From positions 32,001 through 96,000 of the forward strand of contig JBJOKS010000003.1 of assembly GCA_046045965.1 (NCBI GenBank): a stretch of 64,000 bases of DNA, written 5' to 3'. Source of the DNA: Cyanobacteriota bacterium (lineage in GTDB: Bacteria > Cyanobacteriota > Cyanobacteriia > Cyanobacteriales > Nostocaceae). Below, piece by piece: positions 51,959 to 62,644 of this stretch (its first letter is position 1; each line of letters begins with the position of its first letter). The position numbers were made by a program, and so were the translations under genes. Below the pieces are notes generated by a model. It did no database searches, was not told where the DNA came from, and was given only the letters and a program-made list of their open reading frames with translations.

Positions 51959-54100
51959 ATGACAACAACATTTAGCACTCCCAATAACATTCCAGCCGGA
52001 ACTAACACCTTTTCTGTAGATGTAGGAGACTTTAACGGAGACGGCAACCTAGATATAGTGGCAGCAAATGCTGGTGATCTAAACCCTGCAAGTAAAACTG
52101 TCACAGTTCTATTTGGTGATGGAGCAGGTGGTTTTACTGCTTCTACCGTGCCTGTGGGATCAACTTTAAATCCAATTGACGTATTTGTAAGCGACTTGGA
52201 CGGGGACGGCGACGATGACATAGCAGTAGCCAACTTTGATCTGCTAGGTCCTTTTTTCAATCCTGGTGACTCAACTCCCGCCAGCGATATCTCAATTCTT
52301 CTGAACGATGGGAGTGGTTCTTTTAGCGCAGCCACAGATTCTCCCTTTGCTGTTCCTGATGGACTGAGTGCGGTCTCATTAGGAGACTTCAACCATGATG
52401 GCTTTTTAGATGCAGCAGCAGGCGCACTTGACAATGATGATGTCTCAGTCTACTTCGGCAATGGACTGGGTACTTTTGACCCCACTCCTTTGACATATAC
52501 AATTGGTCGGACTACCCGTGATCTTGCTATTGGTGATGTGAATGGTGATGGCTTCGATGACTTGGCAATAGTCAGGAATGATGCCAACTCCGTTTTCGTG
52601 CGCTTAGGGACTGGTACAGATTTATTGTCGGGTGCGCCACAGTTCTCTGCTGATGAAACTCCTTTTCCTGTAGGATTAGATCCCCGTGGAGTAAAAATAG
52701 CCGACATCAACGGTGACGGCAACGCAGACTTAGTAGTAGCAAACAGTGGTAGTAATAATGTTTCCGTGCTACTAGGAAATGGCGATGGTACATTTGGTGA
52801 TGCTACTAACTTTACTGCCGGACCAGGTTCTCGCGATGCAGCTGTAGCCGACTTCGATGGCAACGGACTTCTCGATATTGTCACAGCTAACGAAACCGGA
52901 AACAATATTTCTGTGCTGTCCCGTTCCGTTAACCTTATCGGCACTGCTGGTGATGACATACTCACTGGTGCTGCTGGTGATGACACCCTCACAGGTTCTG
53001 GTGGCAATGACACCTTATTTGGTGGTCTTGGCAACGACTTGCTCAAGGGTGATACAGGCGCTGACTCTCTGGTTGGTGGTGCTGGTGATGACCGTTACGA
53101 AGTTGATGATCCGGGTGACACAGTTACCGAAGATGTTAATGGTGGTATAGATTTGGTTACTTCCTCTTTGAGTTTTATTTTAGGAGAGAACCTAGAAAAT
53201 CTGACTTTAAGGGGAACCGGCATTATCAATGGTACAGGTAACGCTCTAAATAACAGCATCATCGGCAATAGTAACAGTAACACCCTGACAGGTAATGGTG
53301 GTAACGACGAGCTTAGAGGTGGTGCTGGTGACGACACCTTATTTGGTGGAGACGGCAACGACACACTAGTTGGTGGTCTGGGCACTGATTCTCTGGTTGG
53401 TGGTGCTGGTGATGACACTTATGTCATTGATGGTTTGATTGACACAATTGTCGAAGCTGCTGGTGGTGGTACTGATACGGTTAGATCCTCAGTAGATGTT
53501 ACATTAGGAAGCAATTTAGAAAACCTGATTTTGAGTGGAACCGCTCTCAATGGTGGCGGTAACAGCCTAAATAATAGGATCGTTGCTAATCCTGCGGGCA
53601 ATAATACCCTGCGTGGTTTTGGTGGTAACGACACCCTGGTTGGTGCTGCTGGTAACGATAGCCTTGATGGTGGTGCTGGTAACGATGTCCTAGTTGGTGG
53701 TGCTGTTGACGACAACCTATTTGGTGCTAGTGGTAATGACGTGTTAATCGGTGGTTTAGGTAATGACAACCTGAATGGTGGTCTCGGTAGCGATATTTTC
53801 CGATTTAATAACCTAACTGAAGGGGTTGATACAATTCAAAGCTTTTCAAGCACCGACGACACGATTGAAGTATCAGCCACTGGTTTTGGTGGTGGTTTAC
53901 TTGCAGGTGTTTTAGCTGATTCAGCTTTCGTTTTTGGTGCAGGTATCACGACAGCTAGTGATGCTGCCCATCGATTCATTTACAACACTACCAATGGTGC
54001 TTTGTTCTTTGATGCCGACGGGATTGCAGGTGGTAGTATCCAGATAGCAACTCTCACCGGATCACCTGCTCTCACTGCTGCTGACATTGTTGTTATCTAA
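51959..54100 (+). CDS. FG-GAP/VCBS repeat + RTX Ca-binding protein, likely type I secretion cargo
   Basis: GDFNGDGNLD-type repeats, then GGxGxDxL nonapeptides; C-terminal FIYNTTNGALFFDADG..IATL..DIVVI; no Sec signal. Confidence 0.9.
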   Translation: MTTTFSTPNNIPAGTNTFSVDVGDFNGDGNLDIVAANAGDLNPASKTVTVLFGDGAGGFTASTVPVGSTLNPIDVFVSDLDGDGDDDIAVANFDLLGPFFNPGDSTPASDISILLNDGSGSFSAATDSPFAVPDGLSAVSLGDFNHDGFLDAAAGALDNDDVSVYFGNGLGTFDPTPLTYTIGRTTRDLAIGDVNGDGFDDLAIVRNDANSVFVRLGTGTDLLSGAPQFSADETPFPVGLDPRGVKIADINGDGNADLVVANSGSNNVSVLLGNGDGTFGDATNFTAGPGSRDAAVADFDGNGLLDIVTANETGNNISVLSRSVNLIGTAGDDILTGAAGDDTLTGSGGNDTLFGGLGNDLLKGDTGADSLVGGAGDDRYEVDDPGDTVTEDVNGGIDLVTSSLSFILGENLENLTLRGTGIINGTGNALNNSIIGNSNSNTLTGNGGNDELRGGAGDDTLFGGDGNDTLVGGLGTDSLVGGAGDDTYVIDGLIDTIVEAAGGGTDTVRSSVDVTLGSNLENLILSGTALNGGGNSLNNRIVANPAGNNTLRGFGGNDTLVGAAGNDSLDGGAGNDVLVGGAVDDNLFGASGNDVLIGGLGNDNLNGGLGSDIFRFNNLTEGVDTIQSFSSTDDTIEVSATGFGGGLLAGVLADSAFVFGAGITTASDAAHRFIYNTTNGALFFDADGIAGGSIQIATLTGSPALTAADIVVI

Positions 54101-54279
54101 AGCACTGATCCAGCCTGTGAATATTTTTCTCAGACTGACATTTTGCCTGGTTAACAGATAACAATAAGTGGATAAAGGCGCAAGGGGATAAAGGAAAAAG
54201 TGTGTAACTTTCCTTTACCCTTTGTTTTTTCACCTTTGGCAACCTATTTCTGTTATCTTTTAAACAACACTTTATAACA

Positions 54280-55014
54280 GTGGTAAATCTGCTGAGAAGT
54301 AATATGAATCCGGTTCTCCAATTTGGCGATCGCATACTGACTGCCCCAGAAGTTCTGCAATTAGTTGGCAAATACCAACTAGTATCGCCATTACTTAAAG
54401 AGGTAGTCATTGATCAAGCGATCGCACAGATTGAGTGTACACCACAAGAAGAGCAACTTGCCTGTGAACAGTTAGCCCAACAATATCAAGGGCGACAAGA
54501 ACAGGGAATAAATTCCGAACAGTTGAATAATCTCGCTATTCGCCAACTAAAACTAGAGAAGTTTAAAGAAGCTTCTTGGGGACAAGATTTAGACTCTTAC
54601 TTTTACCAACGCAAACCCCAATTGGATCGAGTTATATATTCCCTAATTACCACTTCTGATATTGGCATTGCTCAAGAAATCTACTTCCGCATCCAAGAAG
54701 GAGAACAATCTTTTGCTCAACTAGCACGGGAATACGCCCAAGGTCCTGAAGCTCAAACAGATGGCTTAGTCGGTCCTGTAGAATTACAATCTCTGCATCC
54801 CATGTTGACAAAAGTATTATCTATGAGCCAACCACAGCAACTTTCACCACCGACTCAAATAGGAGAATGGATAGTGATTGTTCGATTAGAAAAGCTATTA
54901 CCTGCACAGTTGGATCGCCAAATGCGTCAGCGATTACTGAACGAACGTTTTCAGAGTTGGCTACAAGCACAAGTAGCACCACAAAACTGGCAAATTCAAC
55001 AATCACAAGATTGA
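54280..55014 (+). CDS. PpiC-type peptidyl-prolyl isomerase associated with type I secretion
   Basis: VIYSLI..AQEIYFRIQEGEQSFAQLAREY.QGPE..GLVGP; start may be ATG 54304. Confidence 0.85.
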   Translation: MVNLLRSNMNPVLQFGDRILTAPEVLQLVGKYQLVSPLLKEVVIDQAIAQIECTPQEEQLACEQLAQQYQGRQEQGINSEQLNNLAIRQLKLEKFKEASWGQDLDSYFYQRKPQLDRVIYSLITTSDIGIAQEIYFRIQEGEQSFAQLAREYAQGPEAQTDGLVGPVELQSLHPMLTKVLSMSQPQQLSPPTQIGEWIVIVRLEKLLPAQLDRQMRQRLLNERFQSWLQAQVAPQNWQIQQSQD

Positions 55015-55134
55015 CCGGTTTAGGAAATTTTTCATAGGAGATATGGATTTTTAATAGTATCCCTAAAAACGATATGATGGCAATAATGCAGTAATTGTCT
55101 TAAAACTAATAGTAATTAATTAACTTTCATAAAC

Positions 55135-58100
55135 ATGACTTATAATAATAACTCCTTTGCAGAATTTCTCACCACCGTTGCCGGATTTGACAAATTATCA
55201 ACGGCAGAAATAAACAATTTACTGTCACAACAGCAAGCTTTACGCTACCGAATAGGTCAGAAAATAATTAGTAAAGAAAAACTACCAGACCGCATAGCAA
55301 TTCTTTACGAAGGACGCGTAAGATTATTAGGATATGACCCTCAGACCCAATTGCCAATTACCTTAAAAATACTAGAACCGGGAGCCATAATTGGTGAAAT
55401 CAGTTTGTTGCGGCAGATAGCTTGTGAAACAGCGATCGCATCCACAGAAGTGATATGTTTAACCTTCAGTACAGCAGATTATTTACGTCTGATCTTCCAA
55501 AATCCAGCCTTTGCTAATGTGCGTCAAAATGGTAGTCACATCATAGAAGTATTTGATGTTCTTAGCCCACTGTTAGCCCAACAAGCTAATGCTAGTTTAA
55601 ATATCAAAGAACTCAGTCAACAAGTGTTATCTAGCGCGAAAATCCATCACCTACCACCAGGAAAAACGCCCTTAAACCAACTAGAAAGTGATAGAATCTG
55701 GCTGGTTAGTGGTGGTGGTACTGTAGCTAATTTTCCCCCTGGTTCTCAGCTAGAATCTATCAGTAATAGAGACATTTTAGAAGTAACAGGCAGCAGTCCT
55801 GCACGTTTATTAGGTATCAATCCCGCAGATTTAGTATTCCTAAATCAATATCAAGCAGAAGCAGAACAGACAAATCATCAACAACAAACCACAGATGAAT
55901 TAGACATTCCCTACGCAAAAACAGAGGAAGTTTTTCCCTCACCACCCCAAACACCACAAACCAAACAAAATCACCAAAAATACCCATTTTTTCGCGGACA
56001 AGGGGCAATAAATTCTACCTTGGCTTGTTTCCAAATGCTGTCCAAGCATTTAGAAATACCCTTGCGTAAAGAAGTAGTACGTCGGATTTTAAACGAACAA
56101 ATTAAACGTCAGGGAAATATATCCTTTCCAGCTTGCGCTTATTTAGGAGAATTAATTGGTCTCAAATCCCAATTAATAGATATTCCTGCAACCTCAATTA
56201 CACGCATTCCCACACCTGCACTAATTCAATATCGAGATAGCTATGCTGTCATCTATGCAGTAGAGACAAATACAGTAGTTTTAGCTGTGCCATCAAAAGG
56301 TATCATCACTTGCAAACCTGGCCAACTACTGGAAGAAATAGAAACTGATGAAAGCAATTTGCAACCACAAATTAGGGTATTACTTTTCAGTGCTACCCAA
56401 GAAACACCTCAACAACGCTTTGGTTTAAGCTGGTTTTTACCTTACCTATCACGTTACCGTCGAGTATTAATAGAAGTATTTATAGCTTCCTTTTTCGTCC
56501 AACTGGCAGCTTTAGCAAATCCTTTAGTTATTCAGTTAATCATTGATAAAGTCATCGTTCAAAATAGTATTAGTACCCTAAATATTTTAGGAGTTTTGTT
56601 ATTAGCAGTTGGTGTATTTGAAGCAGTGTTAACTACATTGCGAACTTACTTATTTGTGGATACTACCAACCGCATTGATATGAGTTTAGGGTCACAAATT
56701 ATTGACCACTTACTCCGCTTACCATTACGCTATTTTGAACGCCGACCAGTAGGTGAACTCTCAACTCGAATTAATGAATTGGAGAATATCCGTCAGTTTC
56801 TTACAGGTACAGCTTTAACAGTGGGTTTAGATGCAGTATTCTCGGTGGTTTATATCATCGTCATGCTGTTTTATAGCTGGCAACTGACTGTAGTAGGATT
56901 AGGAACAATTCCGCTATTTGTGGTGATTACATTAATTGCCGCCCCAACAGTTAGCCGACAGTTACGAGCCAAAGCTGAACGCAACGCAGAAACTCAATCT
57001 TATTTAGTTGAGGTGATGTCAGGTATTCAAACAGTAAAAGCGCAAAATATCGAATTGCGATCGCGTTTTTCCTGGCAAGAACGTTATGCTCGGTTTGTCT
57101 CCGCAGGTTTTAAAACAGTCATTACTTCCACTTTAGCTAATTCAACCAGTCAGTTTCTTAACAAACTCAGCAGCTTATTAGTTTTGTGGGTAGGAGCTTA
57201 TTTAGTATTAAAACAAGAGTTAACTTTAGGGGAATTAATCGCCTTTAGAATTATCTCCAGTTACGTTACTAGTCCCATCTTGCGTTTAGCACAAATCTGG
57301 CAGAACTTCCAAGAAACCGGCTTATCTTTAGAGCGATTAAGCGACATTGTTGATACACCCCAAGAAGCAGAAGCAGACAGAGATAACATTCCCTTACCCG
57401 CCATATCTGGTGCAGTCAAATATGAAAATGTTTCCTTCCGATTTGCCCCTAGTGGACCACTGCAACTCAACAATGTCAGTCTTGATTTTCCGGCTGGTAA
57501 ATTTGTGGGTATTGTCGGACAAAGTGGTTCAGGTAAAAGCACAATGATGAAATTACTGCTCAGACTTTATAATGTTGAGTCTGGTAGAATTTTGATTGAT
57601 GGATATGACATCAGCAAAGTAGAACTTTATTCTGTGCGTAGACAAATTGGTGTCGTTCCCCAAGATCCACTTTTGTTTGATGGCACAGTTCAGGAAAACA
57701 TTGCATTGACAAATCCTGATGCGACAACAGAAGAAATTATTGAAGCTGCGCGAGTTGCTGTCGCTCACGAATTTATCATGAACCTGCCTAATGGTTATAA
57801 CACCAGAGTCGGTGAAAGAGGTTCAGCCCTTTCTGGAGGACAAAGACAAAGAATAGCGATCGCTCGTTCTATTTTACAAAAACCCAAATTATTAGTCTTG
57901 GACGAAGCCACCAGCGCCTTAGATTATCCCACAGAAAGACAAATATGTCTCAATTTAGCTAGAGCATTTCAAGGAACAACCGTCTTCTTTATTACTCACC
58001 GTCTCAATACCGTGAGTAATGCTAATACAATTGTTGTCATGGATGGTGGTCGAGTGATAGAACAAGGTAGCCATCAAGAATTAATGACTGCTAAAGGTCA

Positions 58101-58140
58101 TTATTTCTACCTCTATCAACAACAAGAAGTTAATTTGTAA
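55135..58140 (+). CDS. HlyB-type type I secretion ABC transporter with cNMP-binding and C39-like domains
   Basis: GQSGSGKST, LSGGQRQR, LDEATSALD; ABC TM domain; N-terminal cNMP-like region. Confidence 0.93.
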   Translation: MTYNNNSFAEFLTTVAGFDKLSTAEINNLLSQQQALRYRIGQKIISKEKLPDRIAILYEGRVRLLGYDPQTQLPITLKILEPGAIIGEISLLRQIACETAIASTEVICLTFSTADYLRLIFQNPAFANVRQNGSHIIEVFDVLSPLLAQQANASLNIKELSQQVLSSAKIHHLPPGKTPLNQLESDRIWLVSGGGTVANFPPGSQLESISNRDILEVTGSSPARLLGINPADLVFLNQYQAEAEQTNHQQQTTDELDIPYAKTEEVFPSPPQTPQTKQNHQKYPFFRGQGAINSTLACFQMLSKHLEIPLRKEVVRRILNEQIKRQGNISFPACAYLGELIGLKSQLIDIPATSITRIPTPALIQYRDSYAVIYAVETNTVVLAVPSKGIITCKPGQLLEEIETDESNLQPQIRVLLFSATQETPQQRFGLSWFLPYLSRYRRVLIEVFIASFFVQLAALANPLVIQLIIDKVIVQNSISTLNILGVLLLAVGVFEAVLTTLRTYLFVDTTNRIDMSLGSQIIDHLLRLPLRYFERRPVGELSTRINELENIRQFLTGTALTVGLDAVFSVVYIIVMLFYSWQLTVVGLGTIPLFVVITLIAAPTVSRQLRAKAERNAETQSYLVEVMSGIQTVKAQNIELRSRFSWQERYARFVSAGFKTVITSTLANSTSQFLNKLSSLLVLWVGAYLVLKQELTLGELIAFRIISSYVTSPILRLAQIWQNFQETGLSLERLSDIVDTPQEAEADRDNIPLPAISGAVKYENVSFRFAPSGPLQLNNVSLDFPAGKFVGIVGQSGSGKSTMMKLLLRLYNVESGRILIDGYDISKVELYSVRRQIGVVPQDPLLFDGTVQENIALTNPDATTEEIIEAARVAVAHEFIMNLPNGYNTRVGERGSALSGGQRQRIAIARSILQKPKLLVLDEATSALDYPTERQICLNLARAFQGTTVFFITHRLNTVSNANTIVVMDGGRVIEQGSHQELMTAKGHYFYLYQQQEVNL

Positions 58141-58249
58141 TTAATCACTGGTAAGTTGTCAGTGGATTAAACTAATTCATACTTGATAACTGACAACAGA
58201 TAATAAATCTGATATTCACCGAATCTTCAAATCCTGATCTAAAATTGTT

Positions 58250-59809
58250 ATGACTCAAACTAATGGTAATCAAATCAACGGTAACGCAAAAAAACAAAAT
58301 CTAGAATTACTGACACCTACAAAAAAGGCTAAGACAGATTCTTTAACTAATGCCTATCAAGATAGTTTTGAACAATCTATAGTCTTACGTCAATCACCAG
58401 TTTGGTCACGCACCATCATGATCACTCTGATGGTTGTAGCTTGTTTTGGAGTTGGTTGGGCTTATTTTGCCAAAATTGAACAAGTAGTACCCGCAGCAGG
58501 TCAATTAAAACCAGAAGGAACTGTCAAAGAAGTACAAGCTCCTATTAGTGGTGTTGTCAAAGCTGTTTATGTCAAAGATGGACAAGAAGTAAAAGCAGGG
58601 GACTTACTCTTAACATTTGAATCTGTTGCTACCCTCGCTGAATTAAGTTCCTTAAATAAAATTCGCGTTGCTTTAACCAGGGAAAATGATATTTATCGTC
58701 GCTTGATGGGAGCAAGCACAGGTATCACATCAGAATTGGATTTTTTACGTGGTAACTTACCAGCAGAAACAGCTTTTCTCCTCAAAAATCGAGCATCATT
58801 AGTATCAGAAAATGAACTACTGCGTTCTCAATTAAGAAACACAACACCAGATGCTGGTGAAGGAATTGATGAACAACAACTGCTCATAGCTGCTAAAACA
58901 GAATTAGATTCCCGCTCCGCTGCTGCTCAATTAGAAGTTGAAAAAATTAGAAAACAATTATCTCAAACAATATTAAGAAGGAAAGATACTCAAAATAGTT
59001 TAGCTATTCAAGATGGGATTTTAGATAAACTCCAAACATTAGCACAAGAAGGGGGAATTTCCCAACTACAATATCTTAACCAGAAACAACAAGTACAAAC
59101 TCTCCAAGCAGAAATAGATCAATTAATAGAGGAAGAAAAACGCCTCCAATTTGATATTGAGAGAGGACAGCAGCAAGTAACGAATACAGTAGCAGTTACT
59201 GATAAAAATGTTTTGGATCAGATAGCTAACAACAAAAAGCGAATTGCGGAAATTGATAGCCAATTCATGAGGATTATTCTGGAAAATGAGCAGAGATTGG
59301 CAGATATTAACAGTAGAATTTCTCAAGCACAATTAAATGTGAGATATCAAGAACTCCGCGCTCCTGTAGCGGGGATAATATTTGATATGCAAGCCAAGAA
59401 TGCGGGTTTTGTAGCCAACCCCACACAAAAATTATTGCAGATTGTACCTAATGATAAATATGTAGCTGAGGTATTTATCACCAATCAAGATATTGGGTTT
59501 GTACAGAAAGGTATGAAAGTAGATGTGAGAATTGATTCCTTTCCTTTTAGTCAGTTTGGAGATATTAAAGGTGAGGTAATTGATATTGGTTCAGATGCTT
59601 TACCACCTGATCAGATTCATCAATTTTATCGTTTTCCAGCTAGAGTCAGTTTAGAGAAACAAAGCATAGTAGCTCAAGGTAGAAGCATTCCTTTACAGTC
59701 TGGGATGTCTATTACTGCTAATATTAAGGTGCGTGAGGAACGCAGTGTATTGAGTTTGTTTACGGAGATGTTTACCAAGCAGGTTGATAGTTTGAAAGAG
59801 GTGAGGTAA
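58250..59809 (+). CDS. HlyD-family membrane fusion protein
   Basis: VKEVQAPISG, VKDGQEV, LRAPVAG, DIGFV..DSFPFSQFG, LQSGMSITANI. Confidence 0.93.
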   Translation: MTQTNGNQINGNAKKQNLELLTPTKKAKTDSLTNAYQDSFEQSIVLRQSPVWSRTIMITLMVVACFGVGWAYFAKIEQVVPAAGQLKPEGTVKEVQAPISGVVKAVYVKDGQEVKAGDLLLTFESVATLAELSSLNKIRVALTRENDIYRRLMGASTGITSELDFLRGNLPAETAFLLKNRASLVSENELLRSQLRNTTPDAGEGIDEQQLLIAAKTELDSRSAAAQLEVEKIRKQLSQTILRRKDTQNSLAIQDGILDKLQTLAQEGGISQLQYLNQKQQVQTLQAEIDQLIEEEKRLQFDIERGQQQVTNTVAVTDKNVLDQIANNKKRIAEIDSQFMRIILENEQRLADINSRISQAQLNVRYQELRAPVAGIIFDMQAKNAGFVANPTQKLLQIVPNDKYVAEVFITNQDIGFVQKGMKVDVRIDSFPFSQFGDIKGEVIDIGSDALPPDQIHQFYRFPARVSLEKQSIVAQGRSIPLQSGMSITANIKVREERSVLSLFTEMFTKQVDSLKEVR

Positions 59810-59820
59810 AAAGATAAAAT

Positions 59821-59856
59821 GCAAAAGGTAAAGGTTAAAATTTGCCTTTTGCTTTG
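59821..59856. terminator. Hairpin terminator after hlyD
   Basis: GCAAAAGGTAAA-N8-TTTGCCTTTTGC followed by a T-rich tail; lies between convergent genes. Confidence 0.6.
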
Positions 59857-59934
59857 TTTAAAGGATGTTATTGTAGTTTGGATATTATAGTGATCGCACT
59901 TAATAAATCACTACAATCATCAAATTTTATTTGA

Positions 59935-60981
59935 TTAATTAGATATTTGTAATAATTTTAATTCCTCAATTAATTCTTTAATTAAAGGTCGGTAAATAGT
60001 ATTATCTAAATGTTCTTGATACCAAATTTCATAATCTCCTAATACTTTTAAATGCAATTCAATTTGTCTAGCTTCTTCTAGTAATACCCATAAATTATGG
60101 GTGGCTCGATTATAAAAACCAATTCCTCCACTCATTTTCAGACCTTCTAAACCATATTGTTTGCACGCTGGACATTGACATTTGTTAAGCTTTTTTTCTT
60201 CTTCTTCACTAATTTTTCTACCTCGCCAATTTCCTAATTCAGCAACTATGCGATCACCTGTTCCTGGTAGTTGAATTATTCCCCTAGCTGCACGATTTCG
60301 CCAACCACTAGAATCAACTGAATTAATACCTAGTAAGGCTGCTATATGTAAAGTTGCTGTTCCTCCAATGCCAAAAATATGTAGTTTTTTATTAGGAAAT
60401 TGTTGATGGAAATGAATTAAGTTATCTATAATTTTTTTATGCGGAATAGCTTTAGATGCACGTAATAAATTAGGAACAATTCCACCTAATGCTATATATG
60501 GCTTTTGAGATAAAGTTTGGCTGTTAACTATTTGTTCTATATATTCTTCTAAAAAATTACTAATATGAACTACTGGAACATAATCACCTTGATCATAACG
60601 AAAGTTCATATTCATGGTTTTTTTAAAACATAGTTCCTGTTCCTTTAAGGTCATTTTAGGAATGGGAATAAAATCTTGAGGAATAGGATACCAGTCTGGT
60701 TTTGCTTCTTTAATAAATTCTGCATATTCTTCTACAGGGACTTCTTGATTGTTTTTAACAAAGGAAAAAGCACCATTATCAAGATAAAATTTTACATTTT
60801 TAGGAACTCCTAAATATTCATGTAAACCTTGTTCCATTGCTTTTTTTCTTTGACTAGGCATTTTATGAAAATCAGCGTAGGAAACCATCACTGCTTGCAG
60901 GTCTTTGAGGTAATACGGTGATGTGGAGTCCCAAACACGGGGTTTTATTCCTTTTAGTCCAAAACCAGCGACTATTTGCAC
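59935..60981 (-). CDS. tRNA-guanine transglycosylase (TGT/DpdA)-superfamily protein
   Basis: YLDNGAFS, PQDFIP, PVVH, IALGG, LHIFGIG, SVDSSGW, Zn site CQCPAC...HN. Confidence 0.75.
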   Translation of the reverse strand: MQIVAGFGLKGIKPRVWDSTSPYYLKDLQAVMVSYADFHKMPSQRKKAMEQGLHEYLGVPKNVKFYLDNGAFSFVKNNQEVPVEEYAEFIKEAKPDWYPIPQDFIPIPKMTLKEQELCFKKTMNMNFRYDQGDYVPVVHISNFLEEYIEQIVNSQTLSQKPYIALGGIVPNLLRASKAIPHKKIIDNLIHFHQQFPNKKLHIFGIGGTATLHIAALLGINSVDSSGWRNRAARGIIQLPGTGDRIVAELGNWRGRKISEEEEKKLNKCQCPACKQYGLEGLKMSGGIGFYNRATHNLWVLLEEARQIELHLKVLGDYEIWYQEHLDNTIYRPLIKELIEELKLLQISN

Positions 60982-60987
60982 TACTTT

Positions 60988-62643
60988 TTAAACAATTTTT
61001 TGAATAAATGACTGATATTTAGATAATAGTTTTTGTTTGACATTTTGAGTCAACCACTTACCTACATCTTTAGAATATTTATGAGATTGTTGTGTAACAG
61101 ATGGTATTAAGTAAGTGATAGGATCATCACTCATAAAAGAATGATCTTCATCAACTTCAAAACTACAGTATTTAATAGCTGTTAATATCTTAGCAGATAT
61201 TGATTCAACATTATGACTATTTTCTGAGAAAAATTCATAACGTGGTAATAATTTCTTAGGACTTTTAGAATGTCCAATAAAAAACATATAAGTATGAAAT
61301 TTTTCGCATAAATCTTTGTAAGGTTCTATGTCAATACGACTTCTTTCATCTTCAATTCTTTGACGATACCTGTTAAAATACGATTCATCTAATGCTTTTA
61401 AATTAGCCTTTTCATTTAATGTTGCTCTGGTTGTAAATGACCTACGAATTAAACAAGTACACATAGCTTTTTTCAACCCATTTTCAAAACAATCTGGAGA
61501 GGATAACAGTAAAGTCATTGCTTGCCCATCAGTTAAAGTATAATTTCCTGTTTCCCAATTTTCATCTATGTATTTTGCGATATACCAATCTAAAACAGAA
61601 CTATATACTTTTAATCGAACATTTTTAGAAACTCCACAATAAATTCGATTAAAATCCCTTGCTGAGTTTATACACTCTCTCAGTGCTTGAATAGCTTTTC
61701 TGGTAAATTCACCTCGCCTATTATCAATGATATAATTATCTAAATAAGCATCTTGTGGAAACAAACTACCATCTCTAAGTATAATATCAGGGCAATCTTT
61801 ACCAGCGTTTAGTAAATATTCGTGGTCAAAAACATATTGGCCTACATCCATAGCTGAAGCGGTACAACGATGAAAATCTTCTGGTTCTAACTCATCTTGA
61901 TAAGATGGATCTATTAGCATCCATTGAAGTAAATCTTGAGTAGGTTCTGGATTAAATCTACCTTGATCAAATATAGCCTTACCATTATTTACTCTAACAA
62001 TTGCACCCGCAGCATTGTTTAATAAAAAAGGTACAGTCCGATTAAAAAAACGAGCAGGATAAGGAACTGAACTACGATGTTGACTTACGTCTGAAGAACC
62101 TATTAGAAAATTACCATTATTCCATAAACTATCATCACTTTCAATTGAATTGAGAAAATATTTTCCAACAATATGAGTAGCAAGGTGTTGTGTAATTAAT
62201 TCTTCATTTAATTCAACTTTCCACTTACGACTTCCTTTCGCTGGAGGAGTAATATTAACTTGTTCTTTTGTCATTCCAAAGCCACGAATAGCAACTTGTT
62301 TAAGTAATTTAGCTAACCGTTCTGACTGATTTGAATTTTCCTGTATTTCTTCTTTCAAATCCTGAAAAAATTCAAAATATAATTCTCTTGGATCTTTTTG
62401 TGATAGATGTTCTCTTGCCTTTTGAATAGTAGTTTCCCATTGATCTTGAGCTTTAACTAATTTGCTCATATATTCAACGGTTTCTTCCAATGGATCGTGA
62501 TTTTTTAGAGTATCATAACTATTAATTTGTTCACGCTCTAAAACTTGATAGTTTGAGTTTGCTTCACTTAAAATCTCATCAAAATTCATTTCTAATTGAA
62601 TATAATTGGAGTTAACATTACTAGATTTGTGCTTACGAGGCAT
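60988..62643 (-). CDS. NurA-like (RNase H-fold) nuclease with N-terminal helical extension
   Basis: GSSDVSQ, IILRDGSL, CGVSK, QQSHKYSK; directly downstream of the HerA-like gene. Confidence 0.65.
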   Translation of the reverse strand: MPRKHKSSNVNSNYIQLEMNFDEILSEANSNYQVLEREQINSYDTLKNHDPLEETVEYMSKLVKAQDQWETTIQKAREHLSQKDPRELYFEFFQDLKEEIQENSNQSERLAKLLKQVAIRGFGMTKEQVNITPPAKGSRKWKVELNEELITQHLATHIVGKYFLNSIESDDSLWNNGNFLIGSSDVSQHRSSVPYPARFFNRTVPFLLNNAAGAIVRVNNGKAIFDQGRFNPEPTQDLLQWMLIDPSYQDELEPEDFHRCTASAMDVGQYVFDHEYLLNAGKDCPDIILRDGSLFPQDAYLDNYIIDNRRGEFTRKAIQALRECINSARDFNRIYCGVSKNVRLKVYSSVLDWYIAKYIDENWETGNYTLTDGQAMTLLLSSPDCFENGLKKAMCTCLIRRSFTTRATLNEKANLKALDESYFNRYRQRIEDERSRIDIEPYKDLCEKFHTYMFFIGHSKSPKKLLPRYEFFSENSHNVESISAKILTAIKYCSFEVDEDHSFMSDDPITYLIPSVTQQSHKYSKDVGKWLTQNVKQKLLSKYQSFIQKIV

Positions 62644-62644
62644 T

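Noticed and set aside
51913..53769. Several long minus-strand ORFs rich in S/P/L
   Set aside because: Antisense shadows of the Gly/Asp-rich RTX gene
59935..60981. Calling this the housekeeping tgt
   Set aside because: Lacks TPxFMPVGT, DSGGFQ and FDCV signatures; context is HerA/NurA
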